From NCBI GenBank assembly GCA_025558095.1, contig JAIVFI010000015.1:310001-374000 (forward strand): DNA of 64,000 bases, read 5' to 3'. Positions 12,191 through 25,552 of the stretch are shown piece after piece. Source of the DNA: Hyaloraphidium curvatum SAG 235-1. Lineage: Eukaryota > Fungi > Monoblepharomycota. The position numbers were made by a program, and so were the translations under genes. How positions within the stretch are numbered: position 1 is the stretch's first letter; each line of letters opens with the position of its first letter. The notes under the pieces are model-generated. The model saw only the letters and a program-made list of their open reading frames with translations. It had not been told where the DNA came from and did not search any database.

Positions 12191-15100
12191 TCATTTCGCG
12201 GAACCGTCCACGGTGTTGTCCGAGCGCTGAGCAGCGGCATCGCGGACGGCGGCCTTGAGCTTGAGCTTCGGCGTGAGGAACGGAGAGACTCCCGACCCGT
12301 TGCTGGGCAAGAAAGGCGCGTTTTCAACCAGCCGCGGTGTGGAGTGCTTGGTGTAGTGGCCGTGATCGGGAGTGAGCGCCATGAGGGGCTTCCCCGTTGA
12401 GATCGACCGTTCCGCAGCAAAGAGCTCGACACTCGGCGTCGCGTGCCTCGTGTAAGACCTGTGGTCGGCAGCATCCGATCCTTTCCTCGGCGTCCAGATC
12501 TGCACTCCGTGCGAACGAACGCTCCTTTTGTCGCTGGCCATTCCTCCGTCGGCGGCATTGCCCAACGAAGTGAGATCCTGGCTGCGATCGGGCACGCTGA
12601 TCGGACGCGCCGACTTGCGGGCTTCTGAAAAGCGACGTTCGAACGTATGCCTCGACAAGTCAACGAGGCACACCAACCGTCGGCTTGCTCAACCCGCGCC
12701 GCAGCCTGCTTCTCGCTCCCTCCATCCAGCTTCGGAGATTTGCTGGGCCGATCAATCTCCTCCTCCGAGACCCGCTTGCGATCGTTGGCCTGTGCCGACG
12801 GCGCTCCCGACTTCGACGTGCACGACAGGTTGGACGCCTCGTAGTTCAGCCGGATGTCCGCGCTGCCGTCGAGCTTCTCGCCTGATGCGGGCACCAGTTC
12901 GACGCGAATGTCCGTGGCCTCGGCGGGCAGGGAGCCCCTCCCGGTTGCTTCGGTGCCAACGTTGACGGCGACGGAATCCCCGGCCTCACGCTCCCGCTCT
13001 AGCTGCTCCCGGATGAGCTGGATGATCTCGCGCTGGAGGTCCTCGGAGTCGCTGAGGGCTTCCTCCTCCATGCTACCCGAAGCCGAAGACTCCGATCCAG
13101 AACCCGATTCGGAGCCCGATCCGGAGCCCACGTCCACGTCCTCGTCCTGGCACGAGTTGCCCCCCTGGCAGCAACGTCGCTTAGGATACATGCGCGCGAA
13201 GATGCATGGTCAACGAACCTCGCTCATCGGATCCCCGTCGCTGCCGTCGCCGCTGTCCTCATCTTCATCTTGGCTGGCACTCTCGTCGTCGGAGCCGCCG
13301 GAAACATCGCCCGATCCCCCGCCCGACTCCTCGCCGTCGCTGCCGCCATAGTCCGAGCCCGATCCATCCCCGCTGCCGTCGTCGTCCTCGTCGTCGTCGG
13401 AGCCGTAAGCGCTCGAATGCACAGGCGAGACCTTCGTCAGGCGCTTCAGTCCGCCAATGAGGTTGTCGAGCTCCCTGAAAATGTTGGCGTTCTTGGCGTA
13501 CGTCAGATGCAGGTTCGACTTCACGTGCTGCGCGGGCAGAGGCTCGGATGAGACGGGAGCAAGACCAGCGCAACAAACGCTATCACCTCGTGGAACTGGT
13601 CGTACTTGACGCAGCAGTGCTCGCAGTACCCTGCCTTGGTCATGAACTGCGGCATGATGCGCTCGGAAGGATCGGTAACCTGAATGATAAAAGAAAGGTC
13701 AGCGACGAGAGGTCCGGCCGCCGTGGTCCCAACCTCCGATGCCTTGCGCTTCTTGGGCTTGTTGACCGTACGCGCAAGGTTGACCTCGCGGCCCAGATGC
13801 TTCAGAGCCAGGGGCTCCCGTCCGAGCTGCAGGTTGGTCGACTGGGAGATCATCTTGTAGCCTGAGGCTTCGAGCGGCTCCTGCAGGGTGCTGGACGTGT
13901 TCTTGAGCAGCCGCGGCTTCGCGCCCTTGTCGGCATCGTCCGCCTCCAGGGTGTGGTCCGAGTTGCCAACGAGCACGTTGCCGGCGGGCTTTCTCTCCCT
14001 CCGCCCAATCTCAGCCTCCGTCTTGCGCTGCTGGTCGCTGTCCTCGAAGAAGACCATGTCCAGCGATCCGAACTCGCGCTTCGCCCTGCTGAGGCGCCTG
14101 AGCCGGGAATTCTCCTTCTTTGCGATGCGTTCCGCATCTTTGCGCAGGGTCTCGTCGTAGCGCTGCTGCTCCAACTGGAGCATGTTGTCGATCTCCTCCT
14201 GGGTCGCGACGTGAAAGCTGAAGGGGCAGCGGTTGAGGATGATGCGGTCGCAGTAGAGCTGCGGGTAAGGCTTCTGCTCCGTCTTCTCGTCTTCCGGGCC
14301 TTTGCCGTATTCCTTCACGAGGATGGGCTTGTATTGTGTGCTCTGGTCTTCGCAGAGCAAGTGCCGGCCTGTGCAACGGGTCAGGAACGCTCAGAAGAAA
14401 GACGCGCGGGGTGCACCACCTTTGAAGTAGTGGTACTTCTTCTCGTCCAGCGCTCCCCGCGACGTTGACGGACCGTGGATCTTCTCCTCCAGGAACCTCT
14501 GCGTAAGGCTCTTCCGGGCCGGCTGGGCATCGATGTGGGGCCGGAGGTACCGTTCGAGCCGGGTCTTGAGTTCTTCGACGCAATGTCGCGTCAGGACATG
14601 CCCAACAATGCACGACGGGCATCAACTCACCCTGAGGGACCCAGATGTGCATGTGAGGGTTGCGCTGGCGTGCGGTAACGTCGACGCCGCTGGATTCCCA
14701 GGAATGAGGCACGGAATGCACCTCGATGCACTACATTCACTCACGGGTCGCGGCGAATGACGTGCGTGCACTCTTTCGTGAGGAAGTTGTCGACACGCTG
14801 CGGTTCGTCGGGAGCTCAGCGACTCCGCCAATCGTGCATTCAAACGGTGCACGCACAGCCCCGAGCCTCTCGATTTGCTTCGTCCATTGGATTTTTTCCT
14901 CATCCTTCATGCGCGCGGGATCCAGGTAGAAGACGTAGGTCCGGAACTCGCGCATCTCCTTCGCCGTGCTCGCCGTGCCCGATTTCTCCTTCTCGGCGCG
15001 GTGCTGCAGGGCGGAGACGTCCGAGTGGCGCTTGGCAGCTTTGCTGCGAGTCTTTGTCGGCGGCGTCACGGTCCCGGGCTGCGTGTTCTCGTCGTTCCCC

Positions 15101-15498
15101 CTGCCCTTTGCATCCGGGACGCCGGGCGTCGACTTCGCGGTGCGAACGCCATCCTTGCCCGGCAGCCCCGGCAGGTGGCGGTACTCCGGCGACTTGAACG
15201 CCGCTCCCCCGCCGCGGGCGGTGGGAACGTTGCCCGGCTTCCCCGGGATGGAGAAGGACGAGCGGCGCGAGTCCGGGCCGGCGACCGAGCTGTTCACCGA
15301 GCCGAGCTGGCCGCGCGCGGTGCTCGACGGCCGCACCGACGACGCGTGCGGCTCGGCGACCGACGCGAGCGGCCTGCGCTGGATCTGGCCGGTCTCGGGG
15401 CGCTTCGTGTTGGGCGGGCCGGGCGCGGGCCGCGGCGCCATGGGCAGCGGCTTCTTGAACTCGCCCGCGCCGGCGCCCGCCGAATCCTTCCGGTCCAT
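12191..15498 (-). CDS. DBF4: Dbf4/Dfp1 regulatory subunit of Cdc7 kinase (DDK)
   Basis: Motif N/BRCT (FRTYVFYLD...IERLGA), motif M (YHYFKG.HLLCEDQSTQYKPILVKEY...YPQL) and motif C zinc finger (GYCEHCCVKYDQFHEHVKSNLH...FRELDNLI); acidic Ser/Gly-rich tail. Confidence 0.85.
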
Positions 15499-15810
15499 CT
15501 CGGCGCTGTTGCGCGGCACGGGCGTCGGGCCCCGCGCGGCGCAGGCCGAGGCTCAGCGGGTCGCAACCGCCGCGGCGTCGCGGGTCCCTCGGGCCCGCGG
15601 ACACTCGCGAACAGCCGCGCCGCCGGCTGACGGCAATTGTCCCGTCCGGTACCGCCTGGTCGCGGATCCGGTTGCCGCAGAGGCGGCCTCCTAGGGAGGA
15701 GAGGGGGCCGGAATTCGTGGGTTGAAGGAAGAACCTTTCCTGATCAAAGTCCTCATCCCACTGCCACTGTCTCCAAAACCAAGTGGGATCCTGCTTTCTA
15801 TCGAAGGACG

Positions 15811-18048
15811 CTACAGCTTTGTGGAGCTAGAGAACATGGTGCCCTCCGACGCGGTCGCCTGCGCGGCTTCGCCCGGATGGGCAGACAAGCCGGGCGCGAC
15901 CCATCCGATGCCCAGCGCCGAGGCCAGGCCCGTCAGGAACCGATCAGATGCGCCGACAGTCGCAAAGAGCAACGTCGCCGACTTCCTGTCGTCCGGCGCA
16001 GCGCTCTGTCCGTTCTCTGCGGCACCGCCACCCGTAGTCCGAAAGAAGAGCTTCACCGCCCACTGCCATCCGGTCGCGGTGCCAGGTGCAGGATGCCCAG
16101 CGGCGGCTCGGGCCTTGGCAGCCTTCCGATTCACGACCCCGCCAACGAGTCCGCCCTGCACCATCCACGACTCCATGTCAGGGAACTCAACCCTGCGCAC
16201 CGACCAACGTTCGGCGCGGTCAAACTCCGCCAACGGGCAGGCGAAAACAGGGGGCGAAAACTGGCCGATGATGTCCGCCAGTAAACCTTTCTTGGGGACC
16301 TTGCCGACCTTCTGGTTGACCCACTGCCTGCTCTCCCCAAGCCTCTCTGGCGGGAACAACAGCGGCGGCCAAACCTGCCAGCGCTCCTCGCTGAGCGCAA
16401 AAGTGGTGCCGTCCGACAGCGCGGAGCAAGTCGTCAGGATACGTCGCACGGGGTCCAAGTGGCCAACCGTCGAATAGAGTGCAAGCGTCTCCGATGCAAA
16501 CTCGAGGTCGTAGACAGCATTCAGACCCGTCCACCAACCCTCTTCGTTCCAAACACGGCCCGCCTCTGGGGGGATGGCAATGCGAAGCGCTTCCAGGAGC
16601 ACCGCCGCGTTCTGCGCGTCCCGCAGCTGAAAAATGTACGATGCAACTTCCGAGCGGTCGCCTCTGGAGTTTGCAGGTGCCCGTTTGGTCCGCAACACGA
16701 TGGTCTCCCCGCCGAAGCAGACGTCAACGCGTAGAATGTTCCCCACTGGTATCTCCTCCCTCAGTTTCACGTACTTTGCGGGGTCAACATAAGTCGGTCC
16801 GGAAAGCTCCGCCTCACGGTACGGGACGTCAAAAAGCGCGGTATAGATCCTCAGACTGGTCGAGGTGGCGAGAAAATACGCCGCAAACTCCGCCGGCGCG
16901 TCATACACTGCGCCATCCGATTTCCGCCCCTGAGCTTGCTGCATAGCAGCAGCCTCCGCGTCCGATGGCGGCGTCTGCAAAAAGTAGGAGCCCGGCGCCC
17001 AGCCCAGAAGCCGTTCCGAAGCGCCTAGCACTTTCAGACTCAGCCAAAGCTTGAGCGAATTGTCCGCCCGTTGGAACGGCAGCACGATGTTCTCCGCCAC
17101 GGGTCTGGTGTCCGACGCCGCTTTCGTCACGAGCGAGGGAGCAACGATCGAATCGGCATCGGAGCGCGCACGGCTGCGAATGCTTGGCGCCAGACTCGCC
17201 CTCCGAAAGTCGGGATTCGGTGTCCGATCGTCCGGCGTCCCAAAGACGCGCAGAATCGGCGATCCAGAAGATGAAACCGAGGTCGCGGTCGGCGCGGTCG
17301 GAATCGTTCGAGGGTGGAAGGTCAGCACACCAATCTTTGGTCCTCCGCTTGCTGGAGCTGGTGGCTCCTGATTCGCAGCAGCCTCCTTCTCGCGCTCAAT
17401 GAGCTCCCGCACCGCCGCAAGGGCTTCCTTCTCCTTCTCAGGTGGAACCATGGACTTCCTCTTTTCCTTGAAGGGGCTCGAAAGCGGCGGGAACTGGAGC
17501 AACGCCTCGGTTTCCTGGGTCCGGGCCGCCGCGTCTCCTTCCTTGTCCTGACCATCCTCAGCTTCCAGAGCACCGACTTTAGCAAACGGAGACTCCGAAG
17601 ACAGGTCAACGGGGCGAATGGGGGACCTGGCCCGGGTGCCGGCTCGGAGCAGCAATGTGCTCACTCTCCGCTGGGGTATGATCGACCCGGGTCTAGCAGA
17701 CGCGTCCAAGTCCGTGGAGGCAGCTCTGGGCATCTCATCCGGGACGGAAGACGCGTCCCTGACAGTGCCGAGAGCCGTCTCCGACCGCGCCAGCATCGGC
17801 TTCCCCGCTTCCGATACGACCGAATTTGCGCGTTTCGGCTTCGACCGCGGCCTATTCCGCGTCACAAGATCACCCTCGCTGCCCAGATTTGACCAGGAAG
17901 AGGCCACGCTCGCCAGTTTCGCGGCCCGGGTGAGTCTCTGGTTGGGCGAGGGCGTCGTCCCCCCGACATCGCCATCAGAGCCCGAGACCGGGATCGGCGC
18001 GCTGTTTGGCTCCGAATGAAGGTCCGAATCTGATTTAGATTCGCTCAT
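15811..18048 (-). CDS. Protein with disordered N-terminus and tandem PLEKHM2/nischarin-type PH-like domains
   Basis: Intronless ORF; DNSLKLWLSLKVL..AYFLATSTSLRIY..EEIPVGNILRVDVCFGGETIVL..YIFQLRDAQNAAVLLEAL resembles the PLEKHM2/NISCH PH-like module; RRILTT..FALSEERWQVWPP resembles the NISCH C-terminal module. Recalled similarity only. Confidence 0.5.
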   Translation of the reverse strand: MSESKSDSDLHSEPNSAPIPVSGSDGDVGGTTPSPNQRLTRAAKLASVASSWSNLGSEGDLVTRNRPRSKPKRANSVVSEAGKPMLARSETALGTVRDASSVPDEMPRAASTDLDASARPGSIIPQRRVSTLLLRAGTRARSPIRPVDLSSESPFAKVGALEAEDGQDKEGDAAARTQETEALLQFPPLSSPFKEKRKSMVPPEKEKEALAAVRELIEREKEAAANQEPPAPASGGPKIGVLTFHPRTIPTAPTATSVSSSGSPILRVFGTPDDRTPNPDFRRASLAPSIRSRARSDADSIVAPSLVTKAASDTRPVAENIVLPFQRADNSLKLWLSLKVLGASERLLGWAPGSYFLQTPPSDAEAAAMQQAQGRKSDGAVYDAPAEFAAYFLATSTSLRIYTALFDVPYREAELSGPTYVDPAKYVKLREEIPVGNILRVDVCFGGETIVLRTKRAPANSRGDRSEVASYIFQLRDAQNAAVLLEALRIAIPPEAGRVWNEEGWWTGLNAVYDLEFASETLALYSTVGHLDPVRRILTTCSALSDGTTFALSEERWQVWPPLLFPPERLGESRQWVNQKVGKVPKKGLLADIIGQFSPPVFACPLAEFDRAERWSVRRVEFPDMESWMVQGGLVGGVVNRKAAKARAAAGHPAPGTATGWQWAVKLFFRTTGGGAAENGQSAAPDDRKSATLLFATVGASDRFLTGLASALGIGWVAPGLSAHPGEAAQATASEGTMFSSSTKL

Positions 18049-18267
18049 GGCAGTCCAAGGGGCGGAGGGCGTGTGTGCAGAAGCGGCGCCGGATCGCGGA
18101 GTTCGAGCCGCGTACACACCGCTTGGAATCTTGCCTTCGGCTGCAGCACACAGACCTCCGCTAGCTCGGATGAGCCCACCGATGGATTGTTTCTAAGTAG
18201 CCTCTCTGCCGGCGGAGGTGGCACGGAGCGGACGGGGCATCCACCAGTCCGCGGCCAGGGTCTGAAC

Positions 18268-20201
18268 ATGTCGCCGTCGGAGGCGCGAACGGCCGCGAGC
18301 CGCGAGCGCATGCTCAAGGAGATTCGCAGTTGCGTAAAGGAAGCCAGAGAAGCGGGAATAGGAGATGGAGGGGAACGGGACGCTTACACGCACCTACGCT
18401 CCTTCGTCCTCGCGACGAGGTTGTGGCCTTGGGGCTGGTCGCACGCCCTTTCTGCTTCCATGTCGGAGACCATATGCCTTCTTTGTGCATCCGAGGACCT
18501 CGATGCTGACCTGCGGCAGCTATCGGAGGAAGATGCGGGCTACCATGACGCCCGCTCGTCCTTGTTCCGGGGTACCAACGCGCTGGAAGCCCTGTGCTTG
18601 CCGGACCAAGTCTTCATCATCTGGGACCTGACCGTTCTGCTGATGGAAGACTGCGGCCAGCTAACGCCTGCGGCTTGCCGTGCGCTCGTGCGGTCGTTCG
18701 AGGCCCATACCGAACACGACCGTGCTCTCGAGGTTCTGGAGTGGATGGGACAACATCGCTGGAGGCTCGACGAATACAAGAAAGCCATCGGCTTCTACAT
18801 CATGAAGCGGCCCATGAACGTTGAGCGGGCGCGCCAGGTCGCACTCGATGTCGGAAGGACGATCATCTGCATTCAAGTCCGCGGCCAGCTGGGAATCCAA
18901 TACGTGAAGAACACCCCGGAGGTCGAAAACGCTTCAGAAGAAGACAAGGTGGACATCATGAACCATTTCCGTGCTTGCTTCCAGGAGCGAAAGTGGCTTG
19001 ACGCCGTCGGAAGCTACCTGACGCTGAGGGAGCACACGGTGCAGCACGAAAAGCCGGACTCGGGGGTTTCCGTGACCGAGGTGGACAATGCGATGCTGGA
19101 AATCTGCAAAACGTACCGCAAGCATTCGGAAGCCTGGCGCATCTACGAGGCAATGGCCGAGATCGACGCGCGGACCCTCCCGATCGTGATTGCCGTATGC
19201 CACCAGGCATTCGTCGCCTTAGGTGCCGCGCACCAAGATGGTGAAGGCAGAAATGATGGGGACAACGAGAAAGCTGGGGTGGTCTGGATGAGACGCGCAC
19301 GGCAGGTTTACGAGCGGTACCTTTCGGATGCCAGGGTGCAGTCGTACACGAACCTCCGTTTCGTCCTCCACGAGCTCATGTGGATCATGAGCTACGATTC
19401 GGAAGCTTCGGATGCCAGTCTAGTGAAGCTTTCGGAGCTGGACACGACGCTGGCGTCGTTCACGGACATGCCCATCGGGGATGACTACCTCGCGAAGCCA
19501 GCCATTCGCATCTGCTGGAATGCCACGGGGGCTCGGTGCGAAACCGAAGCTGACGAAATCGACATCATTACTGGCAGGATCCCGGAGGTCAACATCAAGG
19601 CTGCCGAGCTGGCCTTCCGCATCTACCAGCGCATCCGAGAACGCACGGTGCACGGCAAGTACAGGCGGATTCGCAGGTGCGACAGCGATATCTACGTCAT
19701 GATGCTTGAGCTATGCACTCTGGCGGCCGATCGAGGGAAGGTGGCTTACATGTGTCAGGACGCCTTGGACGCCAAAGTCGATCTAGAGCAGGACCTGGTC
19801 GCCGTGATCCAACGGGTACGGAACTTGCTGGTTCTTACCTCTGTGCTCTGACGTATTCCTCTGCATCTTCTACAGGCCCACGACTACCTGGTGAGCTCAC
19901 ACTGCCTTCGCGCACGAAACGGATCTGACGAGCCCTTTGACAGATCTGCGACGATGAATGCCCGATGTCGCAGGGATTCAAGCCCGTTTCTGCAGCAGCG
20001 TCGCAAAATCTCGGCGCATCTCGATCCCAAGATCTGTCTCGCGGAAGCCACAACGACGACCGTACGCGGCAGCTGATCAAGCACCTGGTGCGGAAGTGCC
20101 AGTCGACTCTGAACGCAATGACGGAAGCGGAGGTGGCGGCAAAGTCGAGTGCGTCGCAACCGAAGCGAATTCGATGGAGCCTGCGGGTCAAAAGCCAATG
20201 A
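18268..20201 (+). CDS. Helical-repeat (PPR-like) protein
   Basis: Long ORF plus two short 3' exons; PPR-like units ACRALVRSFEAHTEHDRALEVLEWM, VDNAMLEICKTYRKHSEAWRIYEAM, DSDIYVMMLELC. Start uncertain. Confidence 0.5.
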
Positions 20202-20332
20202 TATCTTCGTTTTCATGCGTTGAACATTTGCGGCCGCCAAGCGGTCGCTGACTGATCACCCGTTTCTCGAGTCGCCCGGTCCTCAACCAGTCCCTCTTCC
20301 CTTTGTCCGGCGCGCCTCGGACACGACCGACG

Positions 20333-22085
<1,753 letters not shown>

Positions 22086-22191
22086 CGCCAGGGCGACGCG
22101 GCGGCTCGGTAGATTAATTGCTTTTTCCGATACCCGACGGCAAAATGTACAGCCATCTACTATCGTGCCCAGCGCCGTGCTGCAGAGTCCA

Positions 22192-23625
22192 TCAGCGCCT
22201 GGGGGCGCCCTCTACGGCGGCGTTCTCTCCCGCCGCCATCTGGTTCTCCACGAGGACCCTCGCGTTCCCCAGCACCTGCAGGATCTCCGCGAGCCCCTCC
22301 TTCCACCCTTCCAGCTTGGAAGCCAGCTGCTTCCAGTGGTCCATGGTGAAGGAGCGCACCGTGGCGCGACGCACGGCCACGGTCTTGGTGACCTGGTTCA
22401 TCCGGGCGTCCAGCAGTCCCGCGCGGATAGCTGCCAGGACGAGCGGCGTAAGTACGCGGAAGCAGGCAGGGCCGCCTGTGCAATGACGCACCGTCGATCA
22501 CCCAGATCTCGACCTCGCTCTCCTGGATCTCGAGCGCCTTGACGATGGTACGGTACTCGACCTCCTTTCCCTCCTTCCCGCCGGCCAGCCCCGCGAGGCT
22601 CAGCATCCTGATCTTGCGCTCCGCGTCCGCCTCGTCCAGCCCCAGCTCCGCCAGCTTCCCCGGGTTCTTGGCGGTCCACGCGCGGTACGCCGCCAGGTCG
22701 CCCTCGAGGAACAGCTCGAGCAGCTCGAAGGCGGCGCTCTTGCCGCGCAGCGCCTGCACCGCGCGCAGGCGGTGCGGCTCCTCGAGGTTGAAGACGGCGG
22801 GGATGCGGAGGGCCTCGACGACGGCCTTTCCGGCCAGGGCGGCGGCGGAGTCGGTGGAGGAGGAGGATTCGTAGGTGGTGAGGTTCTTGAGGAGGAACTG
22901 GTAGGCCTGCAGACTGGGAGGAGGGCCGGCCGTCAATCGAAGGAGCGCAACACAAGCTGCCGCTGGAACCCACGAGCCCCTGTCGCCTTGCTCCGCGTAC
23001 TTCTCGCTCAGCAGGGCGTAGACCGCCCGCGTGCGGTCCGCGTCGAGGCCCCAGCGCACCATCTCCGAGTCCAGCCGCGGCAGGAACTCCTCCAGCACGC
23101 CCATCTCCCCGGCCCCGGCGGCCACGCCCACAATGGCCTCGAACACGTCGCATCGTGCGGGATCGGTCTCGGCGAGTGCGTTGTAGAAGTTTGTCAGCAG
23201 CCGCAGGCGCGCCGCGGGGCGCGCGGGGTTCGCGGCGACGGCGGCGGCCAGCGCGCGCACGGCATCGGGCGACTTGAGGTCGGCGATGAAGGCGTGCAGC
23301 AGGTTGACGACGGACTCGAGCTCTAAGGGGGTTAGGAGGGGAAAAGGTCGTTACTTGCGGAGAACGAAGTGCCCCCAGGTCCCCACGCACCCTTCTCGGG
23401 CAGGGAGGCGGCCAGGCCGACTTCGCCGGCGAATTTCTGCGCGATCGCGGCCGAGTCGGGCGCGTCCCCGGCGGCCAGCGCGCGCACCGAGGCGAGCAGC
23501 GAAGCGTTGTCGTCGGCCTCGCCCTTCTGCGAGGAGAGGTACCGCGCGAGCTTGACGGCCTGCGCGCGCCGCGCCGCGTCGCCAAAGAGGATCGACGCGG
23601 ACCCGGCTGCGGAGCCCGCCGCCAT
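22192..23625 (-). CDS. Translation initiation factor eIF3 subunit M (PCI domain)
   Basis: RLRLLTNFYNAL, KAVVEALRIPAVFNLE, KIRMLSLAGLA, EVEIWVID.AIRAGLLDARMNQ, RSFTMDHWKQLASKLEGWK. Confidence 0.85.
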
Positions 23626-24020
23626 TCTGGGGAGCGGGGAGTGGGACGGGAGCTTTTTGTTGCAAGCCAAGGGAGCGACGGCGCGCATCGGAGGCGTGCC
23701 CACGAGGGCGGGCCACCACACCCCAAAGGGCTGCTCAAGGACTGTGATGCGCGGTATGCATGTTGCATAGATGCTGAAGGACCTGCTGCCGGGGGTTGGA
23801 TGGCGCTGGCGTGGATGCGCGATCACTCTGGGTCATTCAGGGCCATCAACGCGCGAGCCCACCGCCTCCTGCCCAAAACATTACATGCTCGATGATGCGG
23901 GTAACTGGCTTCCTAGTGCCTGCCTACATGATCTAGAGGGTGAAGCGGGGAAGGGTGCCGGGGGTGGGCAAGTGATCGGTCCAACTCAGCTCCTTGCGTC
24001 TCCGCCCACATCTCCGCACG

Positions 24021-25436
24021 ATGCCTGCGCTCGACAGCGACGAGCGGCGCTACGTGCACTCCGCGCTCGGCGGGCAGACTGTGCTGTTCTCGACTGTGGC
24101 GCGGCTGTATTTGGCGGCGCCCGACGCGGCGCGGTGGGCGTACGGCGGCGTGTGGGGCGCGGTGGCGTTGGCGCACGACGGCCGCGCGTTCGCGCTGCGC
24201 ATCGTCGAGCTGCCGGCCGGCGGCCGCGTGCTGTGGGACTTCGAGCTCGCGCGCGACCCGCTGTACGACACGGACCGCCCGGCATTCCACTCTTTCGCGG
24301 GCCCCGGCTGCATGGCCGGCCTGGCATTCGCAGACGAGGGCGACGCTCGCAACTTCGCGGCCGCCGTGGCGCAGCGGGAAGCCCGCTTGGCCCAGGCGCA
24401 GGGCGGCCCGCCGCCGCCCACGCGGCAGTCGTCCATGACCTCCAAGCCGGCACCCGCGCCCGCGCCCGCCCCGGCACCCGCCCCGGCGCAGACAGGAAAC
24501 TCGTTCTTGAACATGTTCGGAGGCAAGGCGGCCAAAAAGTCCGTGAAAAAGTCGGAGATCTCGGCGCCGACGGGCTTCCAGCACCTCTCGCACATCGGCT
24601 ACACAAAGGGCAAGGGCTTCGACGTGCGTCCCTCGCCGATCACGCGTTCCTCCCGGTCTGCTGACGGCGGTCTGCCCGCCAGATCCAAAACATCCCGCCT
24701 GAGTGGCGCGAGACGCTGCAAAAGGCCGGCGTCACCGAGGCCGACCTCAAGGACGAAAAGACCGCGGCCTTCATCGCCAACTTCATGGAAAAGAACGGCG
24801 GCGAGAAGCCGTCGCGCAGGGCACCGCCGCCGCCGCCGAGCAAGCGCCAGCCCCCGCCGCCGCCCCCGCCCAGGGGCAGCCAGCAAACCCCCACAGGCGG
24901 ACCGCCGCCTCCTCCGCCCGCTCCCGTCGTGTCTGGTGGTGGGGGTGGGCCCCCGCCGCCTCCCCCTCCGCCTCCGGTTGGCTTTGGTGGTGGTGAGCTT
25001 CACCGTTTCGCGTGATGGTCACGATCTCGGAACTGACGCCTCCACGTTTGCCAGGCGCGCCCCCGCCCCCGCCTCCCCCGCCCCCCGTCGGCTTTGGCGG
25101 CGGCGCCCCCCCGCCTCCTCCTCCCCCGCCGCCCGCAGGCGGCGGCGGTGGCCTAGCCCCGGCCGCGAACCCGCAGGCCGACCTCATGGCCTCGATCCGC
25201 GCCGGCGGCTCCCTCCGACCGGTGTCGCAGGGCCCGCCGAGCCCGCAGCCGACCGAGCCCGCACCGGGCGGGGACGATATCGCGGGGGCGCTCGCGGCGG
25301 CGCTGGCGGCGAGGAAGGCGGCGATGAGCGGGGACGACGAGGGTGGGATGCGCGGTGCTCGCTGGGTTGCTCGAGATCTGACCCTTCCCAATCTGCAGAG
25401 GAAGACGAGAACGAGGACGACGAGGAATGGAAGTGA
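24021..25436 (+). CDS. WASP (WH1-CRIB/GBD-polyproline-WH2-acidic) actin nucleation promoting factor
   Basis: WH1 (STVARLYLA...FHSFAGPGCMAGLAFADE), CRIB (EISAPTGFQHLSHIGY), GBD helices, polyPro tracts, WH2 (DLMASIRAGGSLRPV), acidic tail ending DDEEWK. Confidence 0.92.
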   Translation: MPALDSDERRYVHSALGGQTVLFSTVARLYLAAPDAARWAYGGVWGAVALAHDGRAFALRIVELPAGGRVLWDFELARDPLYDTDRPAFHSFAGPGCMAGLAFADEGDARNFAAAVAQREARLAQAQGGPPPPTRQSSMTSKPAPAPAPAPAPAPAQTGNSFLNMFGGKAAKKSVKKSEISAPTGFQHLSHIGYTKGKGFDVRPSPITRSSRSADGGLPARSKTSRLSGARRCKRPASPRPTSRTKRPRPSSPTSWKRTAARSRRAGHRRRRRASASPRRRPRPGAASKPPQADRRLLRPLPSCLVVGVGPRRLPLRLRLALVVVSFTVSRDGHDLGTDASTFARRAPAPASPAPRRLWRRRPPASSSPAARRRRRWPSPGREPAGRPHGLDPRRRLPPTGVAGPAEPAADRARTGRGRYRGGARGGAGGEEGGDERGRRGWDARCSLGCSRSDPSQSAEEDENEDDEEWK

Positions 25437-25552
25437 TTGCAGATGTCTGGGACCTGGAATTGATTGCCAACGCGGGTGGTGTGACAGAGTTGAAGGATGG
25501 TACATTCAGATTGTATCGGTGGCACCTCGCAACAGCATCTCTCTGGACCGCA

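Noticed and set aside
24820-25150. C-rich repetitive tract
   Set aside because: Encodes the normal WASP polyproline region.
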